In this document: in pieces, positions 28,982 to 38,583 of the stretch
Position numbering within the stretch: position 1 is the first letter of the stretch
Layout: every line of letters begins with the position of its first letter
Assembly (NCBI GenBank): GCA_903832855.1
Contig: CAILDB010000014.1
Location: 64,144 to 128,143 of the forward strand
DNA from: an uncultured bacterium
Lineage (GTDB): Bacteria; Patescibacteriota; Minisyncoccia; Phycocordibacterales; GWA1-40-21
Length of the DNA stretch: 64,000 nucleotides
Direction of reading: 5' to 3'
The notes under the pieces: model-generated
The model's database searches: none
Seen by the model: the letters and a program-made list of their open reading frames with translations, nothing else
What the model was told of the DNA's origin: nothing
Program-made: the position numbers and the translations under genes

Positions 28982-29750
28982 TCTCAAGAACATAGAACAA
29001 TACTACCCAGATGTTCAAAAGCCTTTCAAGAGGAATATTCTTCGTGAATATTTGCAGTACAAGATTCTTGAGATTATTTTCAATTCAAAGTATGCACAGG
29101 ACCTCATATTTCTTGGTGGTACCACTCTTAGAATCGTTTACAACAACTCTCGATTCTCCGAAGATCTAGATTTTGACAATTTAAAACTTACCGAAGAGCA
29201 ATTTGCTGATCTTGCAAATGAAGTAAAGAAAGGTCTTGAACTTCAGGGTTACGAGGTAGAAATAAAGAATGTATTCAAGGGAGCATACCGTTCATATATC
29301 AGAATGCCAAAGGTGTTGTTTGATAACGACATATCTGATATGCAAGAAGAAAAGATATTGATACAAATTGACACGGTTCCCCACGCCTTTGATTATAAGA
29401 AGGATGCAAAAATACTCAACAAGTTTGATGTCTTTACTCAGATATTCACCACGCCTATCGACATCCTACTCTCACAAAAGATTTATGCGGCGTTGAATCG
29501 TAAGCGAGCAAAGGGTCGTGATTTTTTTGATATTGTCTTTCTTATTCCGCAAACAAAGCCAAATTATGCATACCTCGAGGCAAAGCTAGAAGTTAAGAAT
29601 GCTGATGAATTAAAGAAGATATTACTCGAACAAACTGCTGATCTTGATTTCAATGAACTCGCCCAAGACATCGAGCCCTTCCTTATCAACTCAGAAGATA
29701 GTAAGAAGGTAAAAATGTTTAGGGAATATATTAACTCTATAAAATTTTAA
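28974..29750 (+). CDS. Nucleotidyltransferase AbiEii/AbiGii toxin family (DUF1814)
   Basis: LIFLGGTTLRIVYNNSRFSEDLDFD is the DUF1814 signature. Confidence 0.7.
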   Translation: MLSLKNIEQYYPDVQKPFKRNILREYLQYKILEIIFNSKYAQDLIFLGGTTLRIVYNNSRFSEDLDFDNLKLTEEQFADLANEVKKGLELQGYEVEIKNVFKGAYRSYIRMPKVLFDNDISDMQEEKILIQIDTVPHAFDYKKDAKILNKFDVFTQIFTTPIDILLSQKIYAALNRKRAKGRDFFDIVFLIPQTKPNYAYLEAKLEVKNADELKKILLEQTADLDFNELAQDIEPFLINSEDSKKVKMFREYINSIKF

Positions 29751-29812
29751 TTATATGCCACTATTTCTCTATTCTATTTTTTAGAAAGTTTTGGATCAGA
29801 TATAATACCCAA

Positions 29813-30331
29813 GTGATTAAAAATAAAGAAATAAAAGTTAATAATAAAATGCAGACTGGTTATAAGTATAATCTGACTGCCAGAGAGGGTAAGGATTTTG
29901 ACTCACGCTTCAAGCCAGCTCTCACACCAAAGCAAATGCTAGCTCTAGGTGTATTTGGTGGGCGTTATTTGCGTGATTGCTGGTCCGAATATCCAGCGAG
30001 TTGGTTTGTAAAAGCAAAGTTTTATCCAGAAAATCTCCCTGGTCATGACAAGAAATTAAATTATTTTGGAGTGGATGCTTCAATGCCACTTTTTGTCTGG
30101 AAGAAAAAGGGTTGGATAAAACCCCAAGATCCTCGTGGTTGGTTTGAATGGTATTGCCGATATTTCTTTGGTCGCCGAACTGCTGATGATGACAGACAGA
30201 TAAAACGCTTTCTGGCTATGCGCCGTCATGTTAGCCAGCTCAAAAAGAACTGCCGTCCCGGTGATATTTTTTGCCGTCCCCGTCAACGCCAAGCTCTTCT
30301 TCACTGGGCTTATGACACTCGGAAGATGTAG
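29813..30331 (+). CDS. Hypothetical protein (GC-richer, basic, Trp-rich)
   Basis: ORF only; composition differs from neighbours. Confidence 0.35.
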   Translation: MIKNKEIKVNNKMQTGYKYNLTAREGKDFDSRFKPALTPKQMLALGVFGGRYLRDCWSEYPASWFVKAKFYPENLPGHDKKLNYFGVDASMPLFVWKKKGWIKPQDPRGWFEWYCRYFFGRRTADDDRQIKRFLAMRRHVSQLKKNCRPGDIFCRPRQRQALLHWAYDTRKM

Positions 30332-30358
30332 CATATTTTTCTATGTTACAATAGTTGA

Positions 30359-30688
30359 ATGAAAACCAAAGAACTCTTCAGAAAAATCGTCAGAGACTGT
30401 GCGGATTGCGGTAAGAAAATGACCGTTTATATTTATGCTGATAAAAATAAAATAAATCGTGGCGGGCACTACTTTGGAAAAATTGGAATTTGCTCCAAAA
30501 AAGAGAAAGATAAGGAGTCAAAATCTGGTACTAAAAAATGGAAAATGGATGGTCACACATTTTACTCTTACAAATATGAAGCTAAACCCTATAAATATCT
30601 TGAGCACTGGGAATGCCCAACTTGCTATTGGGGGAGTAGAAATACTAAGTTTCCTCCTTGTAACACCTCAACGGCGTTTAGCCGTTAG
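30359..30688 (+). CDS. Zinc-ribbon small protein, hypothetical
   Basis: CxxC ... CxxC pairs (CADCGKK / CPTCYWG). Confidence 0.4.
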   Translation: MKTKELFRKIVRDCADCGKKMTVYIYADKNKINRGGHYFGKIGICSKKEKDKESKSGTKKWKMDGHTFYSYKYEAKPYKYLEHWECPTCYWGSRNTKFPPCNTSTAFSR

Positions 30689-30738
30689 GTGTGGCCCTAA
30701 ATAGGGGTGTTTTTTGAAAGAACTTTTAATTTGTTAGT

Positions 30739-30776
30739 GCCATATTAAAAGTTAAGGCGTTAACTTTTAATATGGC
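30739..30776. promoter_or_regulatory. Perfect 17-bp palindrome with 4-nt spacer (possible operator or recombination site)
   Basis: gccatattaaaagttaa-ggcg-ttaacttttaatatggc. Confidence 0.45.
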
Positions 30777-31266
30777 TTAAAATAAGGGCTAAATGTAGGT
30801 AAAAACATCTTTTTTAGCTTGTTTTTTGATACGAAGTATGTTATACTACTAGTAGTTCTTTAAAACTTAAGACGAGACATCAAATATCGAAGGTCCAACA
30901 ACACCTCTTTTGTAAATTTTACAAAAAAGATCGACTTGAGCCCAAAAGATAAAATATCTTCGATCACGTAACAGTTAAATTATTCAAAAAATATAAAACA
31001 AAAGACGAGACCGAAGCACGGCCTCGTCTTTTGTTTTATGAATATGTAAAAATAGTCGAGTTTACATTTTATTAGCAAAATTTAAAAACAATGGCAAAGA
31101 CAAGTAAAAAAGTTGCTTCTCTTGCTTCCAAACTTCTTAAACGAGATCTTTCAAGAAAAAAAGAGAAGTCGGTTGCAGGAAGTGCATTAAGGCAGAGAGA
31201 AAAAAGAAGAAAATAACCGACGTGTTATTTTTGGGTCAATTTTATCAGATTAATTTAAAAAATAAT

Positions 31267-31563
31267 ATGGATAATAAAAATCAAATCCAAATTAGAGTAG
31301 ATGAAAGGGAAGCAAAGGGTGTTTATTCAAATGTTATGGAGATCAAAAGTTCCAAGGAAGAATTTTGCATAGATTTTCTTAATATTTTTCCTCCAATTGG
31401 TGCTTTGACCGCCAGGGTAATAATAAGTCCCGGACATCTTAAGAGAATGCTTAAGGTGCTTCAAAATACGGTCGTTGGTTATGAAAGTAAATTTGGCAAA
31501 ATAGACGAAGCGCAAGAACCTCCAAAATCTCAGATGGGTTTCCATACTGAACCAGGGGTGTAA
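31267..31563 (+). CDS. DUF3467 family protein
   Basis: ...VYSNVMEIKSSKEEFCIDFLN... matches the DUF3467 pattern; start at internal Met. Confidence 0.5.
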   Translation: MDNKNQIQIRVDEREAKGVYSNVMEIKSSKEEFCIDFLNIFPPIGALTARVIISPGHLKRMLKVLQNTVVGYESKFGKIDEAQEPPKSQMGFHTEPGV

Positions 31564-31638
31564 TCCCTAAAAGGAACAAAAAACAGTTTGAAATTCCAAG
31601 CTGTTTTTTGTTACATTTTGTGCTACCATTTAAGAAAT

Positions 31639-32742
31639 ATGGCAAACAAAAATCTTACAAACGCCAAAAAAGCAAAGAATGACGAGTTTTATACTCAGTA
31701 TTCTGATATTCAAAAAGAGATTGCAGCATATTTAGAATACAACCCAGATGTATTTCGCAACAAGGTAGTGTATTGCAATTGCGACGATCCTTTTGAGAGC
31801 AATTTCTTTCGCTATTTTGTGCTTAATTTCAACAAGCTTGGATTGAAACAACTTATCACTACCAGCTACAAACCCTCGCCCGTAGCGAACACACAACTGG
31901 GTTTGTTTGGTGATGATAAAACTCTTTCAAAATCAAAAGGCCGTCCAAAAGTAACCGCGAATAAATTTATTATAAATGAAGTTCGTGACATAGACGGCGA
32001 AGGCGAGTTCAACTTGAAGGATGTTGCAATGCAATTAAAGACAAACAAACACAATGAATGGACACCTCTTGAGAAAGAGGGCGATTTTAAAAGTCCTGAG
32101 TGCGTAAAATTACTGGAGCAATCCGACATAGTGGTAACTAATCCGCCGTTCAGTCTAACTCACGAATATGTTAAGCAACTTTTTGATTATAATAAAAAAT
32201 TTGTAATTATCATTAATAAAAGTGCTGTAACATATAAAGAAATTTTCCCATTGATTAGAGACAATAAAATGTGGTCTGGAAAAACAGGATGGTCCGGTGG
32301 TTTATGGTTTGTAACAATGGATGTCGATGATGTAGATAAGGTGATTGGTGGTGTTAATATGAAAAATACAGCTTCTGCTTGGTTTACAAATCTAGACCAT
32401 GGAAGACGCCATCAACCAATTCCACTTATGACAATGAAGGAAAATTTAAAATACAGCAAGCACAAAGAAATTAAAGGCAAAAAAGCGTATGATAAATATG
32501 TAAATTACGAGGCTATAGAAGTGCCGTTTACTGATGCCATTCCAAGCGATTATGATGGTACAATGGGTGTGCCAATTAGTTTTCTGGATAAATATAATCC
32601 TGAACAGTTTGAAATTATTGGAATGGCAGAAGATAATGGCAAAGGTTTTTCTGGTGGAATTTGGGATGGTAAAAATCCACATTGTGTTATAAATGGAGAG
32701 AATAAATTTAAGAGAATATTTATAAGACATAAGAAGAGATAG
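31639..32742 (+). CDS. Site-specific DNA methyltransferase (gamma-class N6-adenine); may start at TTG 31588
   Basis: DEFYTQ (HsdM-like motif) and VVTNPPFSL (motif IV NPPF). Confidence 0.7.
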   Translation: MANKNLTNAKKAKNDEFYTQYSDIQKEIAAYLEYNPDVFRNKVVYCNCDDPFESNFFRYFVLNFNKLGLKQLITTSYKPSPVANTQLGLFGDDKTLSKSKGRPKVTANKFIINEVRDIDGEGEFNLKDVAMQLKTNKHNEWTPLEKEGDFKSPECVKLLEQSDIVVTNPPFSLTHEYVKQLFDYNKKFVIIINKSAVTYKEIFPLIRDNKMWSGKTGWSGGLWFVTMDVDDVDKVIGGVNMKNTASAWFTNLDHGRRHQPIPLMTMKENLKYSKHKEIKGKKAYDKYVNYEAIEVPFTDAIPSDYDGTMGVPISFLDKYNPEQFEIIGMAEDNGKGFSGGIWDGKNPHCVINGENKFKRIFIRHKKR

Positions 32743-32743
32743 T

Positions 32744-33532
32744 ATGAAAAAAATAAATGTAATTACTCAAGATAAAGATAAAGATTTTATAAAAACTTTT
32801 CTAGAAAAAGAGAAAATTAATTTTGAAATTTTTGACGAAGTTGAATATAGTAATTCAAATAAATTTTCAGATGAAATTAAAAATAACGACCTGAATTTTT
32901 TGAAGAAGGGTAATTTTAATGCTCAAATTTTTCAGTCAGTTGACGAAAATATTTCCACGAGACTTCTAATTCCTAATAGTTCTTCAGATAAGAAGGATTG
33001 GCAAAAAGAGTACGACCTTTATCACGAATTGGGGCATTATTATTCAATGGAAAAAGATTTAATATGTAAATATTATAGTTTTTTAGAAAATAATGCTGTT
33101 TTAAAGGGTGAATTATTTAATCTTCCTTTTGAAGTTGAAGCAGAAAAATATGTATTTGAAAAATATAAAGAATTTTTTGAAAAAAATGCAAATGAAGTTT
33201 ATTTAAAATATTTGAGTCAAATAGGTAATCAACTTTGCTTAATAAACGAGGAAACGATTAAAAATCATAGTAATTTTTATGGAATTTATGAAATAAGGTT
33301 GTTTAGATATAACTGTATTATTGAAAATATTTGTGATAATCAATGTGAATTTTACAAAAAACACAAGAATAATATTAATGAGATTAAAAATAGATTAGAA
33401 AGCAAGGGAAAATTATTTTTTGAAATAAATAAAAAGGTTGATGTATTAGACAACTCGCTAAAAGAAGATTTTTATAAAAATAATGATTTTGAAAAATATT
33501 CAAGTGAATGTAAATTAATTTATGAAAAATAA
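32744..33532 (+). CDS. Hypothetical protein with HExxH motif (putative metallopeptidase-like), very AT-rich
   Basis: YHELGHYYS; translationally coupled to the MTase (2-nt gap). Confidence 0.35.
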   Translation: MKKINVITQDKDKDFIKTFLEKEKINFEIFDEVEYSNSNKFSDEIKNNDLNFLKKGNFNAQIFQSVDENISTRLLIPNSSSDKKDWQKEYDLYHELGHYYSMEKDLICKYYSFLENNAVLKGELFNLPFEVEAEKYVFEKYKEFFEKNANEVYLKYLSQIGNQLCLINEETIKNHSNFYGIYEIRLFRYNCIIENICDNQCEFYKKHKNNINEIKNRLESKGKLFFEINKKVDVLDNSLKEDFYKNNDFEKYSSECKLIYEK

Positions 33533-33557
33533 AAATTAATAAATAAAAAGAAATATT

Positions 33558-34721
33558 ATGAAAACAACTTTAAAAAACAACATCACTGTCAAAGATATTT
33601 GCGAAGGGTTCGTCTATAACGAACTGGAGGGTAAGGGTCTATTTGGTTTATCTGGCAAGCTCACTATTCAGCCGGAATATCAGCGTAACTATATTTATGC
33701 GGAAGAAGGAAAAGAGTCGGCGGTTATTGATTCGATTTTAAAAGGGTATCCGCTTGGTTTGATTTACTTCCATAAAGTTAATAGCGATACTTTCGAAGTT
33801 TTAGATGGGCAACAGCGCATCACTAGTATCGGACGTTTTGTTAATGATAAATTTGCCATTAGGGATGAAAATGGGTTGCAACAAAATTTTAGCGGTATGG
33901 CAAAGGACAAAAAAATTAAGATTTGGGAGACGAAGTTACTAATTTACGAGTGCGAAGGTGAAGAAAGCGAGATAAAAGATTGGTTTAAAACGATTAATAT
34001 TGCTGGAATTCCACTTAGGAATCAGGAATTACTTAACGCAGTTTATTCTGGGCCGTTTGTTACATTAGCAAGAGAGGAATTCAGTAATCGTCAAAATGCG
34101 AACATTCAGAAATGGAGTGCGTATATATCAGGCAGTGCAAACCGTCAAGATTTTTTTGAGCGCGCACTTGAATGGGTAAGTAAAGGAAATATTGAGGGTT
34201 ATATGACACTTCATCGCCACGATAAAAACATCACTGAACTAAAGGAATATTTTAACAGTGTGGTTGATTGGGCTTCTTGTGTATTTACTGATGTGGAAAG
34301 CGAGATGCGCGGACTCGAGTGGGGAAGGTTATATGAGGAATATCATAAAAAATCATACAATCCAAAAAAAGTTTCAGAAGAGGTGCAAAAACTTTATGGC
34401 GATCCGTACATCAAAAATCGTAAAGGAGTATTTGAATATATTTTGGGGGGATCTAACGATACAAAATTGCTTGATGTCCGAGTATTTGACGATGCGACTA
34501 AAAATGTAGTGTATAAAAAACAGACCACTGAGGCTGAAAAGAAAGGGAAGTCAAACTGTTCACACTGTGCTATTGGACACGATGCTAACAAGAGTAAGAT
34601 TTGGAATTTGAGCGAAATGGATGCCGACCATGTAGCATCTTGGAGTAAGGGTGGAAAAACTTCTATAAAAAATTGTGAGATGTTGTGTAAGACACATAAT
34701 CGAGCAAAAGGAAATCGGTAA
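33558..34721 (+). CDS. DUF262 (ParB/GmrS-like, DGQQR) + C-terminal HNH endonuclease: GmrSD/SspE-like nuclease
   Basis: N-terminal IQPEYQRNY...LDGQQR; C-terminal CSHCAIGHD...[12 protein letters not shown]...CKTHN (HNH). Confidence 0.7.
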   Translation: MKTTLKNNITVKDICEGFVYNELEGKGLFGLSGKLTIQPEYQRNYIYAEEGKESAVIDSILKGYPLGLIYFHKVNSDTFEVLDGQQRITSIGRFVNDKFAIRDENGLQQNFSGMAKDKKIKIWETKLLIYECEGEESEIKDWFKTINIAGIPLRNQELLNAVYSGPFVTLAREEFSNRQNANIQKWSAYISGSANRQDFFERALEWVSKGNIEGYMTLHRHDKNITELKEYFNSVVDWASCVFTDVESEMRGLEWGRLYEEYHKKSYNPKKVSEEVQKLYGDPYIKNRKGVFEYILGGSNDTKLLDVRVFDDATKNVVYKKQTTEAEKKGKSNCSHCAIGHDANKSKIWNLSEMDADHVASWSKGGKTSIKNCEMLCKTHNRAKGNR

Positions 34722-35026
34722 TAGAAAAAGTTGCAGTGGAAAATATATGGTTTAACAGAGGAAAGAATAATTTAATTTATAAAAAGAAGATATAATAAAC
34801 AATATGGAAAGAATGAATTTCAATCAAATATTTATTGTTCACTCTGATGGATCTATTGAACCACGTTTTCCCGTTCGAGTGGGTGGAGTATCTTTTGGCC
34901 CAGGCGTTCGATTCGGTAAAGGCGTATCTTTTTCCGGGATAGATTTCTCTCTTTTTATGGGTAAAGAATTTCAAGTTAGAAGAGAGGGACAAATTATAAA
35001 TATTTTAGGGGTTTATCAATAAAAAT

Positions 35027-35371
35027 ATGAAAGATAACGAGGAGAATTTAATAAAAGAAAAATATTTTAAGGTTATTACCTTGGCAGTCACTGAAGCCAA
35101 AGCATATACTGATGAAAAATTAAAATCCATAAGTTGGCTAATGGTCGGTGTTGTTATAGTATGCTTTCTTGCTTTTATCCAACTTGTTGTTGATTCATTT
35201 CATGTTAATAACGCGACATATAGAGAATATTCACAGAAAACCGAAACAACTGAAATAACACAAAATACAAACAAAGTTTTATTAAAAAAAATTCAAGATT
35301 TGGCAGAACAGAATAATAAAAATCAGGAAATCATTATTGAATTACAAAAACAACTTTTAAACAAAAAATAA
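35027..35371 (+). CDS. Small membrane protein with coiled-coil C-terminus, hypothetical
   Basis: One TM (WLMVGVVIVCFLAFIQLVV) then Lys/Gln/Glu-rich helix; 3-nt gap to the protease gene. Confidence 0.35.
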   Translation: MKDNEENLIKEKYFKVITLAVTEAKAYTDEKLKSISWLMVGVVIVCFLAFIQLVVDSFHVNNATYREYSQKTETTEITQNTNKVLLKKIQDLAEQNNKNQEIIIELQKQLLNKK

Positions 35372-35374
35372 TTT

Positions 35375-36064
35375 ATGTTAGCTGCTATTTTTCAAGCATC
35401 ATATAATTCTTCATATGATAAAATAATCGGTGGTGTTCGTGGTACAGCATTTTTTGTTGACGGAAAAAAAGCCCTTACTGCGAATCATCTTCTTAATTTT
35501 AATAACTTCAAACCAAATGACGGTTTTTTATATTGTAAATTTTGGCTTCTACTAGAAAATGGTCAGATTTTAACAATTAAAAAGGATTATTTAAAAAGTC
35601 ACCCTGATGTTGATACAACTATAATTTGTTTTCCGGTAATGGTTTATAAAGATTCCTTAAATTTTAAAACTATCATTGCAAAAAGGGGCGATAAATTTAT
35701 TTTAAAAGGATTTTTAGCATCTGTTGAAGGAAACCCAAAACCCAAAATAACTTTGAGCTGGAATAATCAAGGAGAATTAATTGTAAGTAATTTTGATTTG
35801 AGTTTAATCATTTCTTTACAGGAAGGTTCTATTATAGAAGTAAAAAATATTTCTTTAGATAAACCCGATGTAAAAGTTGATAATAAGAAATATATAACAC
35901 TTTCATGTGGTGGAAGTAAGGGATTGTCGGGTGCGCCTTTAGTAAAATCTGATACTGGTGAAATTATGGGTCTTATGTCTTATGGACTACCTGAAGATGT
36001 AACTTATAAGAAAGAATTATTTGCAATATCAATTGATGAAATAGAAAAAGAAATATTTAAATAA
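35375..36064 (+). CDS. Trypsin-like (S1/Trypsin_2) serine protease, cytoplasmic
   Basis: Catalytic His (ALTANHLL), Asp (HPDVDTTII), Ser (GGSKGLSGAPL); no signal peptide. Confidence 0.55.
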   Translation: MLAAIFQASYNSSYDKIIGGVRGTAFFVDGKKALTANHLLNFNNFKPNDGFLYCKFWLLLENGQILTIKKDYLKSHPDVDTTIICFPVMVYKDSLNFKTIIAKRGDKFILKGFLASVEGNPKPKITLSWNNQGELIVSNFDLSLIISLQEGSIIEVKNISLDKPDVKVDNKKYITLSCGGSKGLSGAPLVKSDTGEIMGLMSYGLPEDVTYKKELFAISIDEIEKEIFK

Positions 36065-36188
36065 AATAAATAATAATGCAGAAGTTGGATAGAACGAAAT
36101 ATATTAGTGGAAAAAATCTTGGCGAAAACGGGGTCAGAAAAATGGGTTCAGCCACTATTTATTTCAAAGAAAAAATAATAATTAAAAA

Positions 36189-36638
36189 ATGTCTCATCAT
36201 AACGGGAACAATCTTCCACTTATAATTGTTTTGTGCATTTTATTCCCAGGGCTTGCTATGGCTGTGGGTGCTGGCTTTATTTTTCTTTGGATACTTAAAA
36301 TACTTTTCTATGTTTTGCTTATAATTATTTATCTCATCTACACTTACTTTTGGCCAGTCCTTATAGTTGCTGTGGTTATTTTCTTTTTCTATGCTTTAAG
36401 AAAGAAGCAGATTCCAAAAACAACAGATAAAAAAAAGGATAGTAGGGAATTAATAGAGTCAGATAAATATGTGGCAGAGGACTATTCTTGGGGTGAAAAA
36501 AGTAGTGAGGATGAAGAGATTTATGATCTGATGGAAAATCATAATCTTGATCGTGATGAAGCAGAACATGTAAAAGAAATTATGGACGATGAAGGTCTTG
36601 ATGAAGATGAAGCGGTAGAATTGAAGGATGAATTATAG
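36189..36638 (+). CDS. Membrane protein with two TM helices and acidic C-terminal tail, hypothetical
   Basis: ORF plus hydrophobic segments; family-1 repeat follows the stop codon. Confidence 0.35.
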   Translation: MSHHNGNNLPLIIVLCILFPGLAMAVGAGFIFLWILKILFYVLLIIIYLIYTYFWPVLIVAVVIFFFYALRKKQIPKTTDKKKDSRELIESDKYVAEDYSWGEKSSEDEEIYDLMENHNLDRDEAEHVKEIMDDEGLDEDEAVELKDEL

Positions 36639-36687
36639 GGACGACGAGGTGGGGAGGGTTTTGGGAAAAGAGGGGAAAAGATAAGAT

Positions 36688-36714
36688 GGATTCCGTTCTT
36701 CAACGGAATGACAG
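36688..36714 (-). repeat. Family-1 palindromic repeat unit, intergenic
   Basis: ggattccgttcttcaacggaatgacag, identical to the unit inside argS. Confidence 0.75.
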
Positions 36715-36883
36715 AAAAAAGCGTGAATTTGGGCTGTTTTAAGACCAAATTCACGCTAAATCAGGTTTAAATAAGGTTTTAAATGCGGAATTGCAAGATA
36801 GTGCACTTTACTTACACTAATAGTAACTAAGTGTTAAGATAGTTACTATTGAAGTTGGTAATATTAACTAACTTACAAAAATT

Positions 36884-37174
36884 ATGGAATTAGGTAAATT
36901 TATACAACAAAATAGCGAACCAAAAGAGAAAGAAAAAATCAAAATGTTTATTTGTGGGGAATGCAAGACAGCGTCAGATGTTTGTTATGATAGTAAGGGA
37001 GGATATTGTCATGAGGATATTTACTGTTGCCAAAAATGTAAAAGTTATTTTGTTGTTGGTGCAATTTGTGACAAATGTAATAGTACGCATAGCCGATCAT
37101 ATGGGTGTAATAACTCGAAATGTGATTGTGAGGACTATCATTACAATCACGAAACAGAAGAGGTCGAAGTATAA
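36884..37174 (+). CDS. Cys-rich small protein (16 Cys in 96 aa), hypothetical
   Basis: Multiple CxxC/CC motifs; preceded by an AT-rich region with the palindrome tagtaact...agttacta. Confidence 0.4.
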   Translation: MELGKFIQQNSEPKEKEKIKMFICGECKTASDVCYDSKGGYCHEDIYCCQKCKSYFVVGAICDKCNSTHSRSYGCNNSKCDCEDYHYNHETEEVEV

Positions 37175-37420
37175 CAAAAGGATGAATAAAATTAAACAAA
37201 ATGCCACAAACAAAAAAGGGTGAAAAAATAGAGAAGGCGATGGAGAAAGAATATGGGGCAAAACGAGGGGAGAGAATTTATTATGCTTCAATAGTTAAAG
37301 GAAAGATTAAAGGAGTGGAAGGCAAGGGGGGAACTGGTAAACTAGCCAAAGCGAAAAGAACTTATAAAAAACACCATAATTAAAGGGTTTTTCGGGATTT
37401 TGTTGACAATCGCTTGACAA

Positions 37421-38509
37421 TTGAATACAGATTGGTTTACAATAGGGTTGCTTATGAAAAACAAAGAAAAAATATTAGATATAATAAGACAGCAGGGGAA
37501 GACGACTTCTTCGGAAATTACTTCAAGACTTAACATTTCTCGTCAATATGTGAATTTGGTTATTTCCGAACTTATTGCGGAGAAACAGGTCTTAAAAATT
37601 GGCGGGACCCGAAATGCTTTCTATGTGTCTCTTTTATTTGTTAAGGAACATCCAGAGATACTTCCCTCCATATTTAAAAAAACATTTAAGAATCAATTGC
37701 TTGAAGAGCACGAGGTAATAGTTGAGATTGAAGAAAAGTTTCCGCAAATCCTTAATTTACCGGAAAATGTCCGAAGTATTTTTATTTTTGCTTTTTCTGA
37801 AATGTTTAATAATGCGATTGAACACTCTCAATCAAAAAATATATCAATTGAAGTTGCTATAAGAGATGGCAAACTTTCTTTTATGGTTTTGGATTCAGGT
37901 GTTGGTGCCTTTAGAAATATTATGAAAAAGAAAGGGTTACATTCAGAAGTTGAAGCGGTCCAAGATTTATTAAAAGGAAAGACAACGACTATGCCAAAGT
38001 CACATTCTGGCGAAGGTATATTTTTTACATCAAAATCTGCCGACCTGTTTATTTTAGATAGTTTCGGATATCAATTGGCGCTGAATACAAAAGTAGAAAA
38101 TGTCGCAATTAAAAATGTATCTATTATAAAGAGAGGTACAAAAGTGATATTTGAGATTGACGCGAACTCAGAAAGGCATCTCAACCAGGTATTCAAAAAA
38201 TATACAAATCTATCCGAGGAAAGTGATTATGGTTTTGATAAAACGGAAATACGGGTAAAGCTATACACTATGGGAGGAGTTCATATATCACGCTCGCAAG
38301 CACGCAGAATCCTTTCTGGACTAGAAAAATTTAAAATTATTTTATTAGATTTTGAAAATGTTCCAGTTGTTGGGCAGGCTTTTGCCGATGAGGTATACAG
38401 AGTTTTTCATTACAAATATCCCGACATCAAAATTGAGGAGAAAAATATGTCTGAGGGAGTTCGATTTATGATAGAACGGGCAAAAAATGAGGCAAAAAAC
38501 AACAACTAG
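37421..38509 (+). CDS. wHTH regulator fused to GHKL-type ATPase (RsbW-like) and C-terminal STAS-like DUF4325
   Basis: HTH (TSSEITSRLNISRQYVNLVISEL); FSEMFNNAIEHS...VLDSGVGAF (HATPase_c N/G1 boxes); ILLDFENVPVVGQAFADEV (DUF4325). Confidence 0.5.
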   Translation: MNTDWFTIGLLMKNKEKILDIIRQQGKTTSSEITSRLNISRQYVNLVISELIAEKQVLKIGGTRNAFYVSLLFVKEHPEILPSIFKKTFKNQLLEEHEVIVEIEEKFPQILNLPENVRSIFIFAFSEMFNNAIEHSQSKNISIEVAIRDGKLSFMVLDSGVGAFRNIMKKKGLHSEVEAVQDLLKGKTTTMPKSHSGEGIFFTSKSADLFILDSFGYQLALNTKVENVAIKNVSIIKRGTKVIFEIDANSERHLNQVFKKYTNLSEESDYGFDKTEIRVKLYTMGGVHISRSQARRILSGLEKFKIILLDFENVPVVGQAFADEVYRVFHYKYPDIKIEEKNMSEGVRFMIERAKNEAKNNN

Positions 38510-38583
38510 TTCCAAAATAGAACTAGTTCAAATTTTAGTTTTGGTTCTTTGAACTATAATTCTTCTTCGTCTATAATGAATAG

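Noticed and set aside
30845-31040. Small RNA from the TATACTACTAG promoter-like box to the terminator at 31001-31040
   Set aside because: AT-rich with no convincing stable structure; only the shared tatactactag motif with the 45269 promoter. Too weak to annotate.
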